Positions 11,911 to 26,299 are shown, numbered from the stretch's first letter. The stretch: 64,000 nucleotides of DNA from Escherichia coli (GCF_003334405.1 NZ_QOWM01000001.1); one strand, 5' to 3'. Notes: generated by a model not told the origin, from the letters alone. Translations and numbers: made by a program.

Positions 11911-12826
11911 GAATCTTGACCTTTTTTGCTGTTATCGCCACTCCCTGCCGTGGAAGTCAGCTTAGAACAATGTACTCCCCCAGGACGGTGTTTTGAAGGT
12001 CTGCAGAATAAGATTTTGCCAGAGGGGAAGGCTCGATTGTGCTGTTAATAACTTAATAATGACAAAATAATGAGGTGTATATGCTTTACATGCAATGTTA
12101 TATAGTGAATTGTTCTGATTCTTAATTGTAAGTCTGGTTTTTTTATCTGTAAGATAATTGTGTGAAAATGCCTCATTTAAGAATTCACTAATGAAACGCG
12201 ATGATGATATTTCCTCATTACGGAGAGTTTAACTGCGTGATGATTTCCGAGGTGTCGCAATGGGGGCAAGGTGTGAAACTATTGTTAAGCGGAATTAATG
12301 AATGAGGATGATGCTAATTAATTATTATTTAATATTCAAAAAGGTTTTGATGTGCTTATTAATAATAGAAGATTACTTTGCCTAACATAACATAACTTTG
12401 CATCAGATAATTCGCAATGACCCTTATAAATAAAAGGTTTTTGGGGTAAAATGCTCGGATAAATGACGGATCCCTGCTCTTGATGCCGCCTCACCATTGC
12501 TGTTGGTACGTGTTCGCGTATGACCAGCGATGCTGCACGAGAGTGGAACAAGGACTCACATTTACATTTATACAAACACGCGCATGTCATAAATAGAAAA
12601 GAGTGAGTAACTTAATAGATATGCGATCCCTGAAGATATATTCTGTGATCTACTTCAGGCATTATAACGGAACAATGTGAGTCGCTTTTTTAGTGCAACT
12701 CATATGCATTTTTACTTTCGTCCGGGTTCCGGATGAAACTGCCAGGGAGGCACATTACAAATGGAATTGCTTGTTTGTGTGTGCACAGCATTAACCAGCT
12801 CAGTATGAGCCGCCAGTAAGTGATAA

Positions 12827-13768
<942 letters not shown>

Positions 13769-13811
13769 TCGACGGACGATAGATAATTCCTGAGACAATA
13801 GTGTAAAAAAC

Positions 13812-13851
13812 GAGCCGCTGGGGGTGTTTTAAACCCCAGCGGCTTTTTTTT
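13812..13851 (+). terminator. Rho-independent terminator after lrhA
   Basis: gagccgctggggt / accccagcggct stem followed by an 8-T run. Confidence 0.8.
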
Positions 13852-14398
13852 AGTAAAAATCCTTCATCGCATAGTGCAGAACGTACAAAACTGTTCATTT
13901 TTCAACCACCAGAGATTCACGTCCCGAACGCACAAATAATCGCCTGAAAAAAATCACCTGCTACAATGATGTTAAAAAATACGTAAATTTGTTGCTGCGT
14001 TTTTGTTATGGAATGACAAAAGCGTGTCACAGATCAAGAAAATACTCTCTTTTGGGGGGAGGAATCGACACAAATTCCTGTCAAAATAGACCCGTATTTT
14101 TTCCATTGCTTCACAACGGACACGATTCAACAACATCTAATTATCCTGGAGTCGTCAAGGATCTGGGGTGAAAGGGCATTAAATGCTAATGGTGTTGATA
14201 TTATGTAAACTAATGTGAAGAAACTTTTGTTAAAGTTGACAAAAGGTTATAGAAAGGAGTAAAAAACCACATCAATTAGCTGTATAAAAGAATTTCTACA
14301 GTGATTGTAAGGTTTTTTTTATTCCTCCCCATGAATCGATGTGGCGTCCATCTGCCGTGAAGAGCAGTGAATCTGGCGCTACTTTTGATGAGTAAGCA
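13852..14398 (+). promoter_or_regulatory. nuo operon promoter / regulatory region
   Basis: ~550-bp AT-rich non-coding region upstream of nuoA, following the lrhA terminator; individual sites not mapped. Confidence 0.5.
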
Positions 14399-14842
14399 AT
14401 GAGTATGTCAACATCCACTGAAGTCATCGCTCATCACTGGGCATTCGCTATCTTTCTTATCGTTGCCATTGGCCTGTGTTGCCTGATGCTGGTAGGCGGT
14501 TGGTTTTTAGGCGGTCGCGCACGCGCGAGGTCGAAAAACGTGCCGTTTGAATCCGGTATCGACTCGGTCGGCTCCGCCCGCTTACGCCTGTCCGCCAAGT
14601 TTTATCTGGTGGCCATGTTCTTCGTTATCTTCGACGTTGAAGCGCTGTATCTGTTCGCATGGTCAACCTCTATCCGCGAAAGCGGCTGGGTAGGCTTTGT
14701 GGAAGCTGCAATTTTTATTTTTGTGTTACTGGCAGGTCTGGTTTATCTGGTGCGTATTGGCGCGCTGGACTGGACGCCCGCGCGTTCACGCCGCGAGCGT
14801 ATGAACCCGGAAACGAACAGTATCGCTAATCGTCAACGCTAA
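14399..14842 (+). CDS. nuoA: NADH:quinone oxidoreductase subunit A
   Basis: 147-aa membrane protein; first gene of a 13-gene colinear nuo cluster. Confidence 0.95.
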
Positions 14843-14857
14843 CCGCGAGGCATTAAG

Positions 14858-15520
14858 ATGGATTATACGCTCACCCGCATAGATCCCAACGGTGAGAACG
14901 ACCGTTACCCCCTGCAAAAGCAGGAGATCGTAACCGACCCTCTGGAGCAAGAAGTTAACAAAAACGTGTTTATGGGCAAGCTCAATGACATGGTTAACTG
15001 GGGTCGTAAAAACTCAATTTGGCCGTATAACTTCGGTCTTTCCTGCTGTTACGTTGAGATGGTGACTTCGTTTACCGCGGTGCATGACGTGGCGCGTTTT
15101 GGCGCAGAAGTATTGCGTGCTTCGCCGCGTCAGGCTGACCTGATGGTGGTTGCAGGAACCTGCTTTACCAAAATGGCACCGGTTATTCAGCGTCTGTATG
15201 ACCAGATGCTGGAACCAAAATGGGTTATCTCAATGGGTGCCTGTGCCAACTCTGGTGGTATGTACGATATTTATTCCGTTGTGCAGGGCGTCGATAAATT
15301 CATCCCGGTTGATGTGTATATCCCGGGCTGCCCGCCGCGTCCTGAAGCGTACATGCAGGCACTGATGCTGTTGCAGGAATCTATCGGCAAAGAACGTCGT
15401 CCGCTCTCCTGGGTGGTTGGCGATCAGGGCGTTTATCGCGCCAATATGCAATCAGAGCGCGAACGCAAGCGCGGTGAACGCATTGCCGTAACTAACCTGC
15501 GTACACCTGACGAGATTTAA
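14858..15520 (+). CDS. nuoB: NADH:quinone oxidoreductase subunit B (N2 Fe-S cluster)
   Basis: 220 aa; CCY...GxCxxxG...C...P.GCPP cysteine motifs. Confidence 0.95.
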
Positions 15521-15613
15521 TTTGCGCCTGTCGGCAAAGGGATTTTTCTTCGCTTATTCCTAAATCTATTTCGCGAAGCTTACTGCGCCGACAGTCACCA
15601 CGGACCATTTGCA

Positions 15614-17416
15614 ATGGTGAACAATATGACCGACTTAACCGCGCAAGAACCCGCCTGGCAGACCCGCGATCATCTTGATGATCCGGTGATTGGCGAACTG
15701 CGCAACCGTTTTGGGCCGGATGCCTTTACTGTTCAGGCGACTCGCACCGGGGTTCCCGTTGTGTGGATCAAGCGTGAACAATTACTGGAAGTTGGCGATT
15801 TCTTAAAGAAACTGCCGAAACCTTACGTCATGCTGTTTGACTTACACGGCATGGACGAACGTCTGCGCACACACCGCGAAGGGTTACCTGCCGCGGATTT
15901 TTCCGTTTTCTACCATCTGATTTCTATCGATCGTAACCGCGACATCATGCTGAAGGTGGCGCTGGCAGAAAACGACCTGCACGTACCGACCTTCACCAAA
16001 CTGTTCCCGAACGCTAACTGGTATGAGCGTGAAACCTGGGATCTGTTTGGCATTACTTTCGACGGTCACCCGAACCTGCGACGCATCATGATGCCGCAAA
16101 CCTGGAAAGGTCACCCGCTGCGTAAAGATTATCCGGCGCGCGCTACCGAATTCTCGCCGTTTGAGCTGACCAAAGCCAAACAGGATCTGGAGATGGAAGC
16201 CCTGACCTTCAAACCGGAAGAGTGGGGGATGAAGCGCGGCACCGAAAACGAGGACTTCATGTTCCTCAACCTCGGTCCGAACCACCCGTCGGCGCACGGG
16301 GCTTTCCGTATCGTTTTGCAACTCGATGGCGAAGAGATTGTCGACTGCGTACCAGACATCGGTTACCACCACCGTGGTGCGGAGAAAATGGGCGAACGCC
16401 AGTCCTGGCACAGCTACATTCCGTATACTGACCGTATCGAATACCTCGGCGGCTGCGTTAACGAAATGCCTTACGTGCTGGCGGTAGAGAAACTGGCCGG
16501 GATCACCGTGCCGGATCGCGTTAACGTCATTCGCGTTATGCTCTCCGAACTGTTCCGCATCAACAGTCACCTGCTGTATATCTCGACCTTTATTCAGGAC
16601 GTCGGCGCAATGACGCCAGTGTTCTTCGCCTTTACCGATCGTCAGAAAATTTACGATCTGGTGGAAGCAATCACTGGTTTCCGTATGCACCCGGCGTGGT
16701 TCCGTATTGGCGGCGTAGCGCACGACCTGCCGCGCGGCTGGGATCGCCTGCTGCGTGAGTTCCTCGACTGGATGCCGAAACGTCTGGCGTCTTACGAGAA
16801 AGCGGCGCTGCAAAACACCATTCTGAAAGGTCGTTCCCAGGGCGTTGCCGCCTATGGCGCGAAAGAGGCGCTGGAGTGGGGCACCACTGGCGCGGGCCTG
16901 CGTGCTACCGGGATCGACTTCGACGTGCGTAAGGCGCGTCCTTATTCTGGCTATGAAAACTTCGACTTTGAAATCCCGGTGGGTGGTGGCGTTTCTGACT
17001 GCTACACCCGCGTAATGCTTAAAGTGGAAGAGCTGCGCCAGAGTCTGCGCATTCTTGAGCAGTGCCTCAACAACATGCCGGAAGGCCCGTTCAAAGCGGA
17101 TCACCCGCTGACCACGCCGCCGCCGAAAGAGCGCACGCTGCAACATATCGAAACCCTGATCACCCACTTCCTGCAAGTGTCGTGGGGTCCGGTGATGCCT
17201 GCCAATGAATCTTTCCAGATGATTGAGGCGACCAAAGGGATCAACAGTTACTACCTGACCAGCGACGGCAGCACCATGAGTTACCGCACCCGTGTTCGTA
17301 CCCCGAGCTTTGCGCATTTGCAGCAAATTCCGGCGGCGATCCGCGGCAGCCTGGTGTCTGACCTGATTGTTTATCTGGGCAGTATCGATTTTGTTATGTC
17401 AGATGTGGACCGCTAA
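15614..17416 (+). CDS. nuoC: NADH:quinone oxidoreductase fused subunit C/D
   Basis: 600-aa ORF (alternative ATG at 15626 would give 596 aa); NuoC-like N-terminus and NuoD (49-kDa)-like C-terminus in one frame. Confidence 0.93.
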
Positions 17417-17418
17417 TT

Positions 17419-17919
17419 ATGCACGAGAATCAACAACCACAAACCGAGGCTTTTGAGCTGAGTGCGGCAGAGCGTGAAGCGATCGAGCACGAGATGCACC
17501 ACTACGAAGACCCGCGTGCGGCGTCCATTGAAGCGCTGAAAATCGTTCAGAAGCAGCGTGGCTGGGTGCCGGATGGTGCGATCCACGCGATCGCCGATGT
17601 GCTGGGTATTCCGGCAAGCGACGTCGAAGGTGTGGCAACGTTCTACAGTCAGATCTTCCGCCAGCCGGTTGGTCGCCATGTGATCCGTTATTGTGACAGC
17701 GTGGTCTGTCATATCAACGGTTATCAGGGTATTCAGGCGGCGCTCGAGAAAAAGCTGAACATCAAACCAGGGCAAACGACATTTGATGGCCGCTTTACGC
17801 TGCTGCCAACTTGCTGCCTGGGGAACTGTGATAAAGGGCCAAACATGATGATCGATGAGGACACTCACGCGCATCTGACCCCGGAAGCGATCCCTGAACT
17901 GCTGGAGCGGTATAAATGA
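17419..17919 (+). CDS. nuoE: NADH:quinone oxidoreductase subunit E (2Fe-2S)
   Basis: 166 aa; thioredoxin-like 2Fe-2S cysteines (CDSVVCH..., [10 protein letters not shown]). Confidence 0.95.
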
Positions 17920-19253
17920 AAAACATTATCCGTACTCCCGAAACGCATCCGCTGACCTGGCGTCTGCGCGATGACAAACAGCCAGTGTGGCTGGACGAAT
18001 ACCGCAGCAAAAACGGTTACGAAGGCGCGCGTAAGGCGCTGACCGGGCTGTCTCCGGACGAAATCGTTAATCAGGTAAAAGACGCTGGTCTGAAAGGGCG
18101 CGGCGGCGCGGGCTTCTCGACTGGCCTGAAATGGAGCCTGATGCCGAAAGACGAATCCATGAACATCCGTTACCTGCTGTGTAATGCCGATGAAATGGAG
18201 CCGGGCACCTATAAAGACCGCCTGTTGATGGAGCAACTGCCGCACCTGCTGGTGGAAGGTATGCTCATCTCCGCGTTTGCGCTGAAAGCTTACCGTGGCT
18301 ACATCTTCCTGCGTGGCGAATATATCGAAGCGGCAGTTAATCTGCGCCGTGCCATTGCCGAAGCCACCGAAGCGGGTCTGCTTGGCAAAAACATTATGGG
18401 AACAGGTTTCGATTTCGAACTGTTCGTCCATACCGGGGCAGGGCGCTACATCTGCGGGGAAGAAACAGCGTTAATCAACTCCCTGGAAGGACGTCGTGCT
18501 AACCCACGCTCGAAGCCACCCTTCCCGGCAACCTCCGGCGCATGGGGTAAACCGACCTGTGTCAACAACGTCGAAACCCTGTGTAACGTTCCGGCGATCC
18601 TCGCTAACGGCGTGGAGTGGTATCAGAACATCTCGAAAAGTAAAGATGCTGGCACCAAGCTGATGGGCTTCTCCGGTCGGGTGAAAAATCCGGGACTGTG
18701 GGAACTGCCGTTCGGCACCACCGCACGCGAGATCCTCGAAGATTACGCCGGTGGTATGCGTGATGGTCTGAAATTTAAAGCCTGGCAGCCAGGCGGCGCG
18801 GGGACTGACTTCCTGACCGAAGCGCACCTTGATCTGCCGATGGAATTCGAAAGTATCGGTAAAGCGGGCAGCCGTCTGGGTACGGCGCTGGCGATGGCGG
18901 TTGACCATGAGATCAACATGGTGTCGCTGGTGCGTAACCTGGAAGAGTTTTTCGCCCGTGAGTCCTGCGGCTGGTGTACGCCGTGCCGCGACGGTCTGCC
19001 GTGGAGCGTGAAAATTCTGCGTGCGCTGGAGCGTGGTGAAGGTCAGCCGGGCGATATCGAAACACTTGAGCAACTGTGTCGATTCTTAGGCCCGGGTAAA
19101 ACTTTCTGTGCCCACGCACCTGGTGCAGTGGAGCCGTTACAGAGCGCCATCAAATATTTCCGCGAAGAATTTGAGGCGGGAATCAAACAGCCGTTCAGCA
19201 ATACCCATTTGATTAATGGGATTCAGCCGAACCTGCTGAAAGAGCGCTGGTAA
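17916..19253 (+). CDS. nuoF: NADH:quinone oxidoreductase subunit F (FMN/NADH site, 4Fe-4S)
   Basis: 445 aa; overlaps the nuoE stop by 4 nt; glycine-rich GRGGAGF motif and C-terminal CGWCTPC cluster motif. Confidence 0.95.
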   Translation: MKNIIRTPETHPLTWRLRDDKQPVWLDEYRSKNGYEGARKALTGLSPDEIVNQVKDAGLKGRGGAGFSTGLKWSLMPKDESMNIRYLLCNADEMEPGTYKDRLLMEQLPHLLVEGMLISAFALKAYRGYIFLRGEYIEAAVNLRRAIAEATEAGLLGKNIMGTGFDFELFVHTGAGRYICGEETALINSLEGRRANPRSKPPFPATSGAWGKPTCVNNVETLCNVPAILANGVEWYQNISKSKDAGTKLMGFSGRVKNPGLWELPFGTTAREILEDYAGGMRDGLKFKAWQPGGAGTDFLTEAHLDLPMEFESIGKAGSRLGTALAMAVDHEINMVSLVRNLEEFFARESCGWCTPCRDGLPWSVKILRALERGEGQPGDIETLEQLCRFLGPGKTFCAHAPGAVEPLQSAIKYFREEFEAGIKQPFSNTHLINGIQPNLLKERW

Positions 19254-19305
19254 CCGAATTTCGATTAACGCTCAGTCTCTGACTGAGAAAACTGGAAGCA
19301 TGCTA

Positions 19306-22032
19306 ATGGCTACAATTCATGTAGACGGCAAAGAATACGAGGTCAACGGAGCGGACAACCTGCTGGAAGCTTGTCTGTCTCTGGGCCTTGATATTCCTTA
19401 CTTTTGCTGGCATCCGGCGCTGGGAAGTGTCGGTGCTTGCCGCCAGTGTGCGGTGAAGCAATACCAAAACGCGGAAGACACGCGTGGTCGCCTGGTGATG
19501 TCCTGTATGACACCGGCTTCCGATGGCACCTTTATTTCCATTGACGACGAAGAAGCGAAACAGTTCCGTGAAAGCGTGGTCGAGTGGTTGATGACCAACC
19601 ACCCGCACGACTGTCCGGTATGTGAAGAGGGCGGTAACTGCCATCTTCAGGATATGACTGTGATGACCGGACACAGCTTCCGTCGCTACCGTTTCACCAA
19701 ACGTACCCACCGTAATCAGGATTTGGGGCCATTCATCTCTCACGAAATGAACCGCTGCATCGCCTGCTACCGCTGTGTGCGTTACTACAAAGATTACGCT
19801 GACGGTACAGATCTGGGCGTTTACGGTGCGCACGACAACGTCTACTTCGGTCGCCCGGAAGACGGCACGCTGGAAAGCGAATTTTCCGGTAACCTGGTCG
19901 AAATTTGCCCGACCGGCGTATTTACCGACAAAACGCACTCCGAGCGTTACAACCGTAAATGGGATATGCAGTTTGCGCCGAGCATCTGCCAGCAATGTTC
20001 CATCGGCTGTAACATCAGCCCCGGTGAACGTTACGGCGAACTGCGTCGTATCGAAAACCGTTACAACGGTACGGTAAACCACTACTTCCTCTGCGACCGT
20101 GGTCGTTTCGGTTACGGTTACGTCAACCTGAAGGATCGTCCGCGTCAGCCAGTACAGCGTCGTGGCGATGATTTCATTACCCTCAACGCCGAACAGGCAA
20201 TGCAGGGCGCGGCAGATATTCTGCGTCAGTCGAAGAAAGTGATCGGTATTGGTTCTCCGCGTGCCAGCGTGGAAAGCAACTTTGCGCTGCGTGAACTGGT
20301 GGGCGAAGAAAACTTCTACACCGGTATCGCTCACGGTGAGCAGGAACGTCTGCAACTGGCGCTGAAAGTGCTGCGTGAAGGCGGCATTTATACTCCGGCT
20401 CTGCGCGAAATCGAATCTTACGATGCGGTACTGGTGCTGGGCGAAGACGTTACCCAGACCGGCGCGCGCGTCGCGCTGGCAGTGCGTCAGGCTGTGAAAG
20501 GTAAAGCGCGCGAAATGGCGGCAGCACAGAAAGTGGCTGACTGGCAGATTGCGGCAATCCTCAACATCGGTCAACGTGCGAAGCATCCGCTGTTTGTTAC
20601 CAACGTTGATGACACCCGTCTGGATGATATCGCGGCGTGGACTTACCGCGCACCGGTTGAAGATCAGGCGCGTTTAGGTTTTGCCATCGCCCATGCGCTG
20701 GATAACTCTGCACCAGCGGTTGACGGTATCGAACCTGAGCTGCAAAGCAAAATCGACGTCATCGTGCAGGCACTGGCAGGTGCGAAGAAACCGTTGATTA
20801 TCTCCGGGACGAACGCCGGTAGCTTAGAGGTGATTCAGGCGGCGGCTAACGTCGCGAAAGCCCTGAAAGGTCGCGGCGCTGACGTCGGTATCACCATGAT
20901 TGCCCGTTCCGTCAACAGCATGGGGCTGGGCATTATGGGTGGCGGTTCGCTTGAAGAAGCGTTAACCGAACTGGAAACCGGACGCGCCGACGCGGTGGTG
21001 GTGTTGGAAAACGATCTGCATCGTCACGCTTCTGCTATCCGCGTGAATGCTGCGCTGGCTAAAGCACCGCTGGTGATGGTGGTTGATCATCAACGCACAG
21101 CGATTATGGAAAACGCCCATCTGGTACTTTCTGCTGCCAGCTTTGCTGAAAGCGACGGTACGGTGATCAACAACGAAGGCCGCGCCCAACGTTTCTTCCA
21201 GGTTTACGATCCTGCTTATTACGACAGCAAAACTGTCATGCTGGAAAGCTGGCGCTGGTTACACTCGCTGCACAGCACCCTGCTGAGCCGTGAAGTGGAC
21301 TGGACGCAGCTCGACCATGTGATTGACGCTGTTGTGGCGAAAATCCCGGAACTGGCAGGTATCAAAGATGCTGCGCCGGATGCGACATTCCGTATTCGTG
21401 GGCAGAAACTGGCCCGTGAACCGCACCGTTACAGCGGTCGTACCGCCATGCGCGCCAATATCAGCGTTCATGAGCCGCGTCAGCCGCAGGATATTGACAC
21501 CATGTTCACCTTCTCGATGGAAGGTAACAACCAGCCGACTGCGCACCGTTCGCAAGTGCCGTTTGCCTGGGCGCCGGGCTGGAACTCCCCGCAGGCGTGG
21601 AACAAATTCCAGGACGAAGTGGGCGGCAAACTGCGCTTTGGCGATCCGGGCGTGCGTCTGTTTGAAACCAGCGAAAATGGTCTGGATTACTTCACCAGCG
21701 TACCGGCACGCTTCCAGCCGCAGGACGGGAAATGGCGTATCGCGCCGTATTACCACCTGTTTGGCAGCGATGAATTGTCACAGCGTGCTCCGGTCTTCCA
21801 GAGCCGTATGCCGCAGCCGTACATCAAACTCAACCCAGCGGATGCCGCGAAGTTGGGTGTGAACGCAGGTACACGCGTCTCCTTTAGTTACGATGGCAAC
21901 ACGGTCACGCTGCCGGTTGAAATCGCCGAAGGACTGACGGCAGGGCAGGTGGGCTTGCCGATGGGTATGTCCGGCATTGCTCCGGTGCTGGCTGGCGCGC
22001 ATCTTGAGGATCTCAAGGAGGCACAACAATGA
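19306..22032 (+). CDS. nuoG: NADH:quinone oxidoreductase subunit G
   Basis: ORF 19300..22032; start placed at the second ATG (MATIHVDG...) with better-spaced GGAAG, giving 908 aa; N-terminal Fe-S cysteine clusters. Confidence 0.93.
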
Positions 22033-23006
22033 GTTGGATATCACCGGAACTGATTGAGATCCTGCTGACCATCCTCAAAGCGGTGGTGATCCTGCTGGTG
22101 GTTGTCACCTGCGGGGCATTCATGAGCTTTGGCGAACGTCGCCTGCTGGGTCTGTTCCAGAACCGTTACGGACCTAACCGTGTTGGCTGGGGCGGTTCGC
22201 TCCAGCTGGTTGCGGACATGATCAAAATGTTCTTTAAAGAAGACTGGATCCCGAAATTCTCGGATCGCGTCATCTTTACCCTGGCACCGATGATTGCCTT
22301 TACCTCGCTGCTGCTGGCCTTTGCGATTGTGCCAGTCAGTCCGGGTTGGGTGGTTGCCGACCTGAACATCGGGATTTTGTTCTTCCTGATGATGGCAGGT
22401 CTGGCGGTTTACGCGGTGCTGTTTGCGGGCTGGTCAAGTAACAACAAATACTCGTTGCTGGGTGCGATGCGTGCTTCTGCGCAGACCCTGAGCTACGAAG
22501 TGTTCCTCGGGCTTTCCTTGATGGGCGTGGTGGCGCAGGCCGGTTCATTCAACATGACCGACATCGTCAACAGCCAGGCGCATGTGTGGAACGTTATCCC
22601 GCAATTCTTTGGTTTTATTACCTTTGCCATCGCGGGCGTGGCGGTATGTCACCGTCACCCGTTTGACCAGCCGGAAGCCGAGCAGGAACTGGCGGATGGT
22701 TACCACATTGAATATTCCGGTATGAAGTTCGGTCTGTTCTTCGTGGGTGAGTACATCGGGATTGTGACCATCTCTGCATTGATGGTGACGCTGTTCTTCG
22801 GTGGCTGGCAAGGCCCGTTGTTACCGCCATTCATCTGGTTCGCGCTGAAAACCGCGTTCTTTATGATGATGTTCATTTTGATTCGTGCGTCGTTACCGCG
22901 TCCGCGTTATGACCAGGTAATGTCCTTCGGCTGGAAAATCTGCCTGCCGCTGACGCTGATCAACTTGCTGGTAACGGCGGCTGTCATTCTCTGGCAGGCG
23001 CAATAA
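22029..23006 (+). CDS. nuoH: NADH:quinone oxidoreductase subunit H
   Basis: 325-aa polytopic membrane protein; overlaps the nuoG stop by 4 nt. Confidence 0.95.
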
Positions 23007-23020
23007 GGGGCAATAAGACC

Positions 23021-23563
23021 ATGACCTTAAAAGAATTGTTAGTAGGTTTCGGCACCCAGGTTCGTAGTATCTGGATGATCGGCCTGCACGCGTTCGCCAA
23101 ACGCGAAACGCGAATGTACCCGGAAGAGCCGGTCTATCTGCCGCCCCGTTATCGTGGTCGTATCGTTCTGACCCGCGACCCGGACGGCGAAGAGCGTTGC
23201 GTAGCCTGTAACCTCTGCGCGGTAGCCTGCCCGGTCGGCTGTATCTCGCTGCAAAAAGCAGAAACCAAAGACGGTCGCTGGTACCCGGAATTTTTCCGCA
23301 TCAACTTCTCACGCTGCATTTTCTGTGGTCTGTGCGAAGAAGCCTGTCCGACCACGGCGATTCAGTTAACCCCGGATTTCGAAATGGGGGAATACAAGCG
23401 CCAGGATCTGGTTTACGAGAAAGAGGATCTGCTGATCTCCGGTCCGGGCAAATACCCGGAATATAACTTCTACCGGATGGCAGGTATGGCAATCGACGGC
23501 AAAGATAAGGGCGAAGCAGAGAACGAAGCCAAGCCTATCGACGTCAAGAGCCTGTTACCGTAA
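23021..23563 (+). CDS. nuoI: NADH:quinone oxidoreductase subunit I (2x 4Fe-4S ferredoxin)
   Basis: 180 aa; two CxxCxxCxxxCP ferredoxin motifs. Confidence 0.95.
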
Positions 23564-23574
23564 GGAGAGGGGCA

Positions 23575-24129
23575 ATGGAGTTCGCTTTTTATATCTGTGG
23601 CCTGATAGCCATACTTGCGACCTTGCGAGTGATCACCCATACCAATCCGGTACACGCACTGCTGTACCTGATTATTTCGCTGCTGGCGATTTCCGGGGTG
23701 TTCTTCTCACTGGGCGCTTACTTCGCCGGTGCGCTGGAAATTATCGTCTACGCGGGTGCCATTATGGTGCTGTTCGTGTTCGTGGTGATGATGCTCAACC
23801 TGGGCGGTTCAGAAATCGAACAGGAACGCCAGTGGCTGAAACCGCAGGTGTGGATTGGTCCGGCAATTTTGTCGGCCATCATGCTGGTGGTGATTGTTTA
23901 CGCCATCCTCGGTGTTAACGATCAGGGTATCGACGGTACGCCAATCAGTGCTAAAGCAGTGGGTATTACGCTGTTCGGGCCTTACGTACTGGCGGTGGAA
24001 CTGGCTTCTATGCTGCTGCTCGCAGGTCTGGTTGTGGCCTTCCACGTCGGTCGTGAAGAGCGTGCGGGTGAAGTGCTGAGCAATCGTAAAGACGACAGCG
24101 CGAAAAGAAAAACGGAGGAGCACGCATGA
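23575..24129 (+). CDS. nuoJ: NADH:quinone oxidoreductase subunit J
   Basis: 184-aa hydrophobic protein. Confidence 0.93.
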
Positions 24130-24428
24130 TCCCCTTACAACATGGACTGATCCTCGCGGCAATCTTATTCGTTCTTGGCTTAACCGGTCTGGTTATCCGT
24201 CGCAATCTGCTGTTTATGTTGATTGGTCTGGAAATCATGATTAACGCCTCCGCGCTGGCCTTCGTGGTCGCCGGAAGCTACTGGGGCCAGACCGACGGTC
24301 AGGTGATGTACATTCTCGCCATCAGCCTCGCGGCGGCAGAAGCGAGTATCGGCCTTGCGCTGCTGCTGCAACTTCACCGTCGTCGCCAGAACCTGAACAT
24401 CGATTCAGTAAGTGAGATGCGCGGATGA
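24126..24428 (+). CDS. nuoK: NADH:quinone oxidoreductase subunit K
   Basis: 100-aa three-helix membrane protein; 4-nt overlap with nuoJ. Confidence 0.93.
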
Positions 24429-26266
24429 ACATGCTTGCCTTAACCATTATTTTGCCATTGATTGGCTTCGTCCTGCTGGCATTCTCCCGTGGGCGCTGGT
24501 CTGAAAACGTCTCGGCGATCGTCGGCGTAGGCTCTGTGGGCCTGGCGGCGCTGGTAACCGCCTTTATCGGCGTTGATTTCTTCGCTAACGGCGAGCAGAC
24601 ATACAGCCAGCCGCTGTGGACGTGGATGTCGGTAGGCGACTTTAACATCGGTTTTAACCTGGTGCTGGACGGCCTGTCGCTGACCATGCTCTCGGTGGTC
24701 ACTGGTGTGGGTTTCCTTATTCACATGTACGCCTCCTGGTATATGCGCGGTGAAGAGGGCTACTCTCGCTTCTTCGCTTACACCAACCTGTTCATCGCCA
24801 GCATGGTGGTTCTGGTGCTTGCCGACAACCTGCTGCTGATGTACCTCGGCTGGGAAGGCGTGGGCCTGTGCTCCTATCTGCTGATCGGGTTCTATTACAC
24901 CGATCCGAAGAATGGCGCAGCGGCAATGAAAGCGTTCGTCGTGACCCGTGTGGGTGACGTGTTCCTCGCTTTCGCACTGTTCATTCTTTACAACGAACTG
25001 GGCACCCTGAACTTCCGCGAAATGGTGGAACTGGCACCAGCGCACTTTGCTGACGGCAATAACATGCTGATGTGGGCGACGCTGATGCTGCTGGGCGGTG
25101 CGGTCGGTAAATCTGCGCAGTTGCCGTTGCAGACATGGCTTGCCGACGCGATGGCGGGCCCGACGCCTGTCTCCGCGCTGATCCACGCCGCAACCATGGT
25201 AACCGCGGGTGTCTACCTGATCGCCCGTACCCACGGCCTGTTCCTGATGACGCCGGAAGTTCTGCATCTGGTGGGTATTGTCGGGGCGGTTACGCTGCTG
25301 CTGGCCGGTTTTGCCGCGCTGGTACAGACCGACATCAAACGTGTTCTCGCTTACTCTACCATGAGCCAGATTGGCTACATGTTCCTCGCGCTTGGCGTGC
25401 AGGCATGGGATGCGGCGATTTTCCACTTGATGACCCACGCGTTCTTTAAAGCGCTGCTGTTCCTGGCATCCGGTTCCGTCATTCTGGCCTGCCATCACGA
25501 ACAGAACATCTTCAAGATGGGCGGTCTGCGTAAATCTATTCCGCTGGTTTATCTCTGCTTCCTGGTGGGCGGCGCAGCACTGTCGGCACTACCGCTGGTC
25601 ACTGCGGGCTTCTTCAGTAAGGATGAGATCCTCGCGGGTGCGATGGCGAATGGTCATATCAATCTGATGGTGGCAGGTCTGGTCGGTGCGTTTATGACCT
25701 CGCTCTACACCTTCCGTATGATTTTCATCGTCTTCCACGGAAAAGAACAAATTCACGCTCACGCCGTGAAAGGGGTAACTCACAGCCTGCCGCTGATTGT
25801 GCTGCTGATCCTTTCCACCTTCGTTGGCGCACTGATTGTACCGCCGCTGCAGGGCGTGCTTCCGCAAACGACGGAACTGGCGCACGGCAGCATGTTGACC
25901 CTGGAAATTACCTCTGGCGTGGTCGCGGTGGTCGGCATTCTGCTGGCAGCCTGGCTGTGGCTGGGTAAACGTACTCTGGTGACCTCCATCGCCAACAGTG
26001 CGCCGGGCCGTCTGCTGGGCACCTGGTGGTACAACGCCTGGGGATTTGACTGGCTGTATGACAAAGTGTTCGTCAAGCCGTTCCTGGGTATTGCCTGGTT
26101 GCTGAAACGCGATCCGCTGAACTCAATGATGAACATCCCGGCTGTCCTTTCCCGCTTTGCAGGTAAAGGTCTGCTGTTAAGTGAGAACGGCTATCTGCGC
26201 TGGTATGTGGCATCCATGAGCATCGGTGCGGTCGTGGTGCTGGCACTGTTGATGGTACTGCGTTGA
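24425..26266 (+). CDS. nuoL: NADH:quinone oxidoreductase subunit L (antiporter-like)
   Basis: 613-aa polytopic membrane protein; 4-nt overlap with nuoK. Confidence 0.95.
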
Positions 26267-26299
26267 GTTAAGGATTGTGGGATTGCCCCTGGGCATATA

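Noticed and set aside
12336-12590. 84-aa ORF in the alaA-lrhA spacer
   Set aside because: Cys/Leu-rich low-complexity translation in AT-rich DNA, with no SD and no recognisable fold; more likely chance, though the spacer itself is flagged as a finding.
13989-14171. 60-aa ORF in the nuo upstream region
   Set aside because: Lies in the promoter region with no SD and an implausible composition.
15884-17326. 480-aa ORF antisense to nuoC
   Set aside because: Shadow ORF within a conserved complex I gene; Arg/His/Val-rich translation without domain features.
19303-20586. 427-aa ORF antisense to nuoG
   Set aside because: Shadow ORF; the sense strand carries obvious Fe-S cysteine motifs of NuoG.
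24440-25498. 352-aa ORF antisense to nuoL
   Set aside because: Shadow ORF opposite a polytopic membrane protein gene; no start context.
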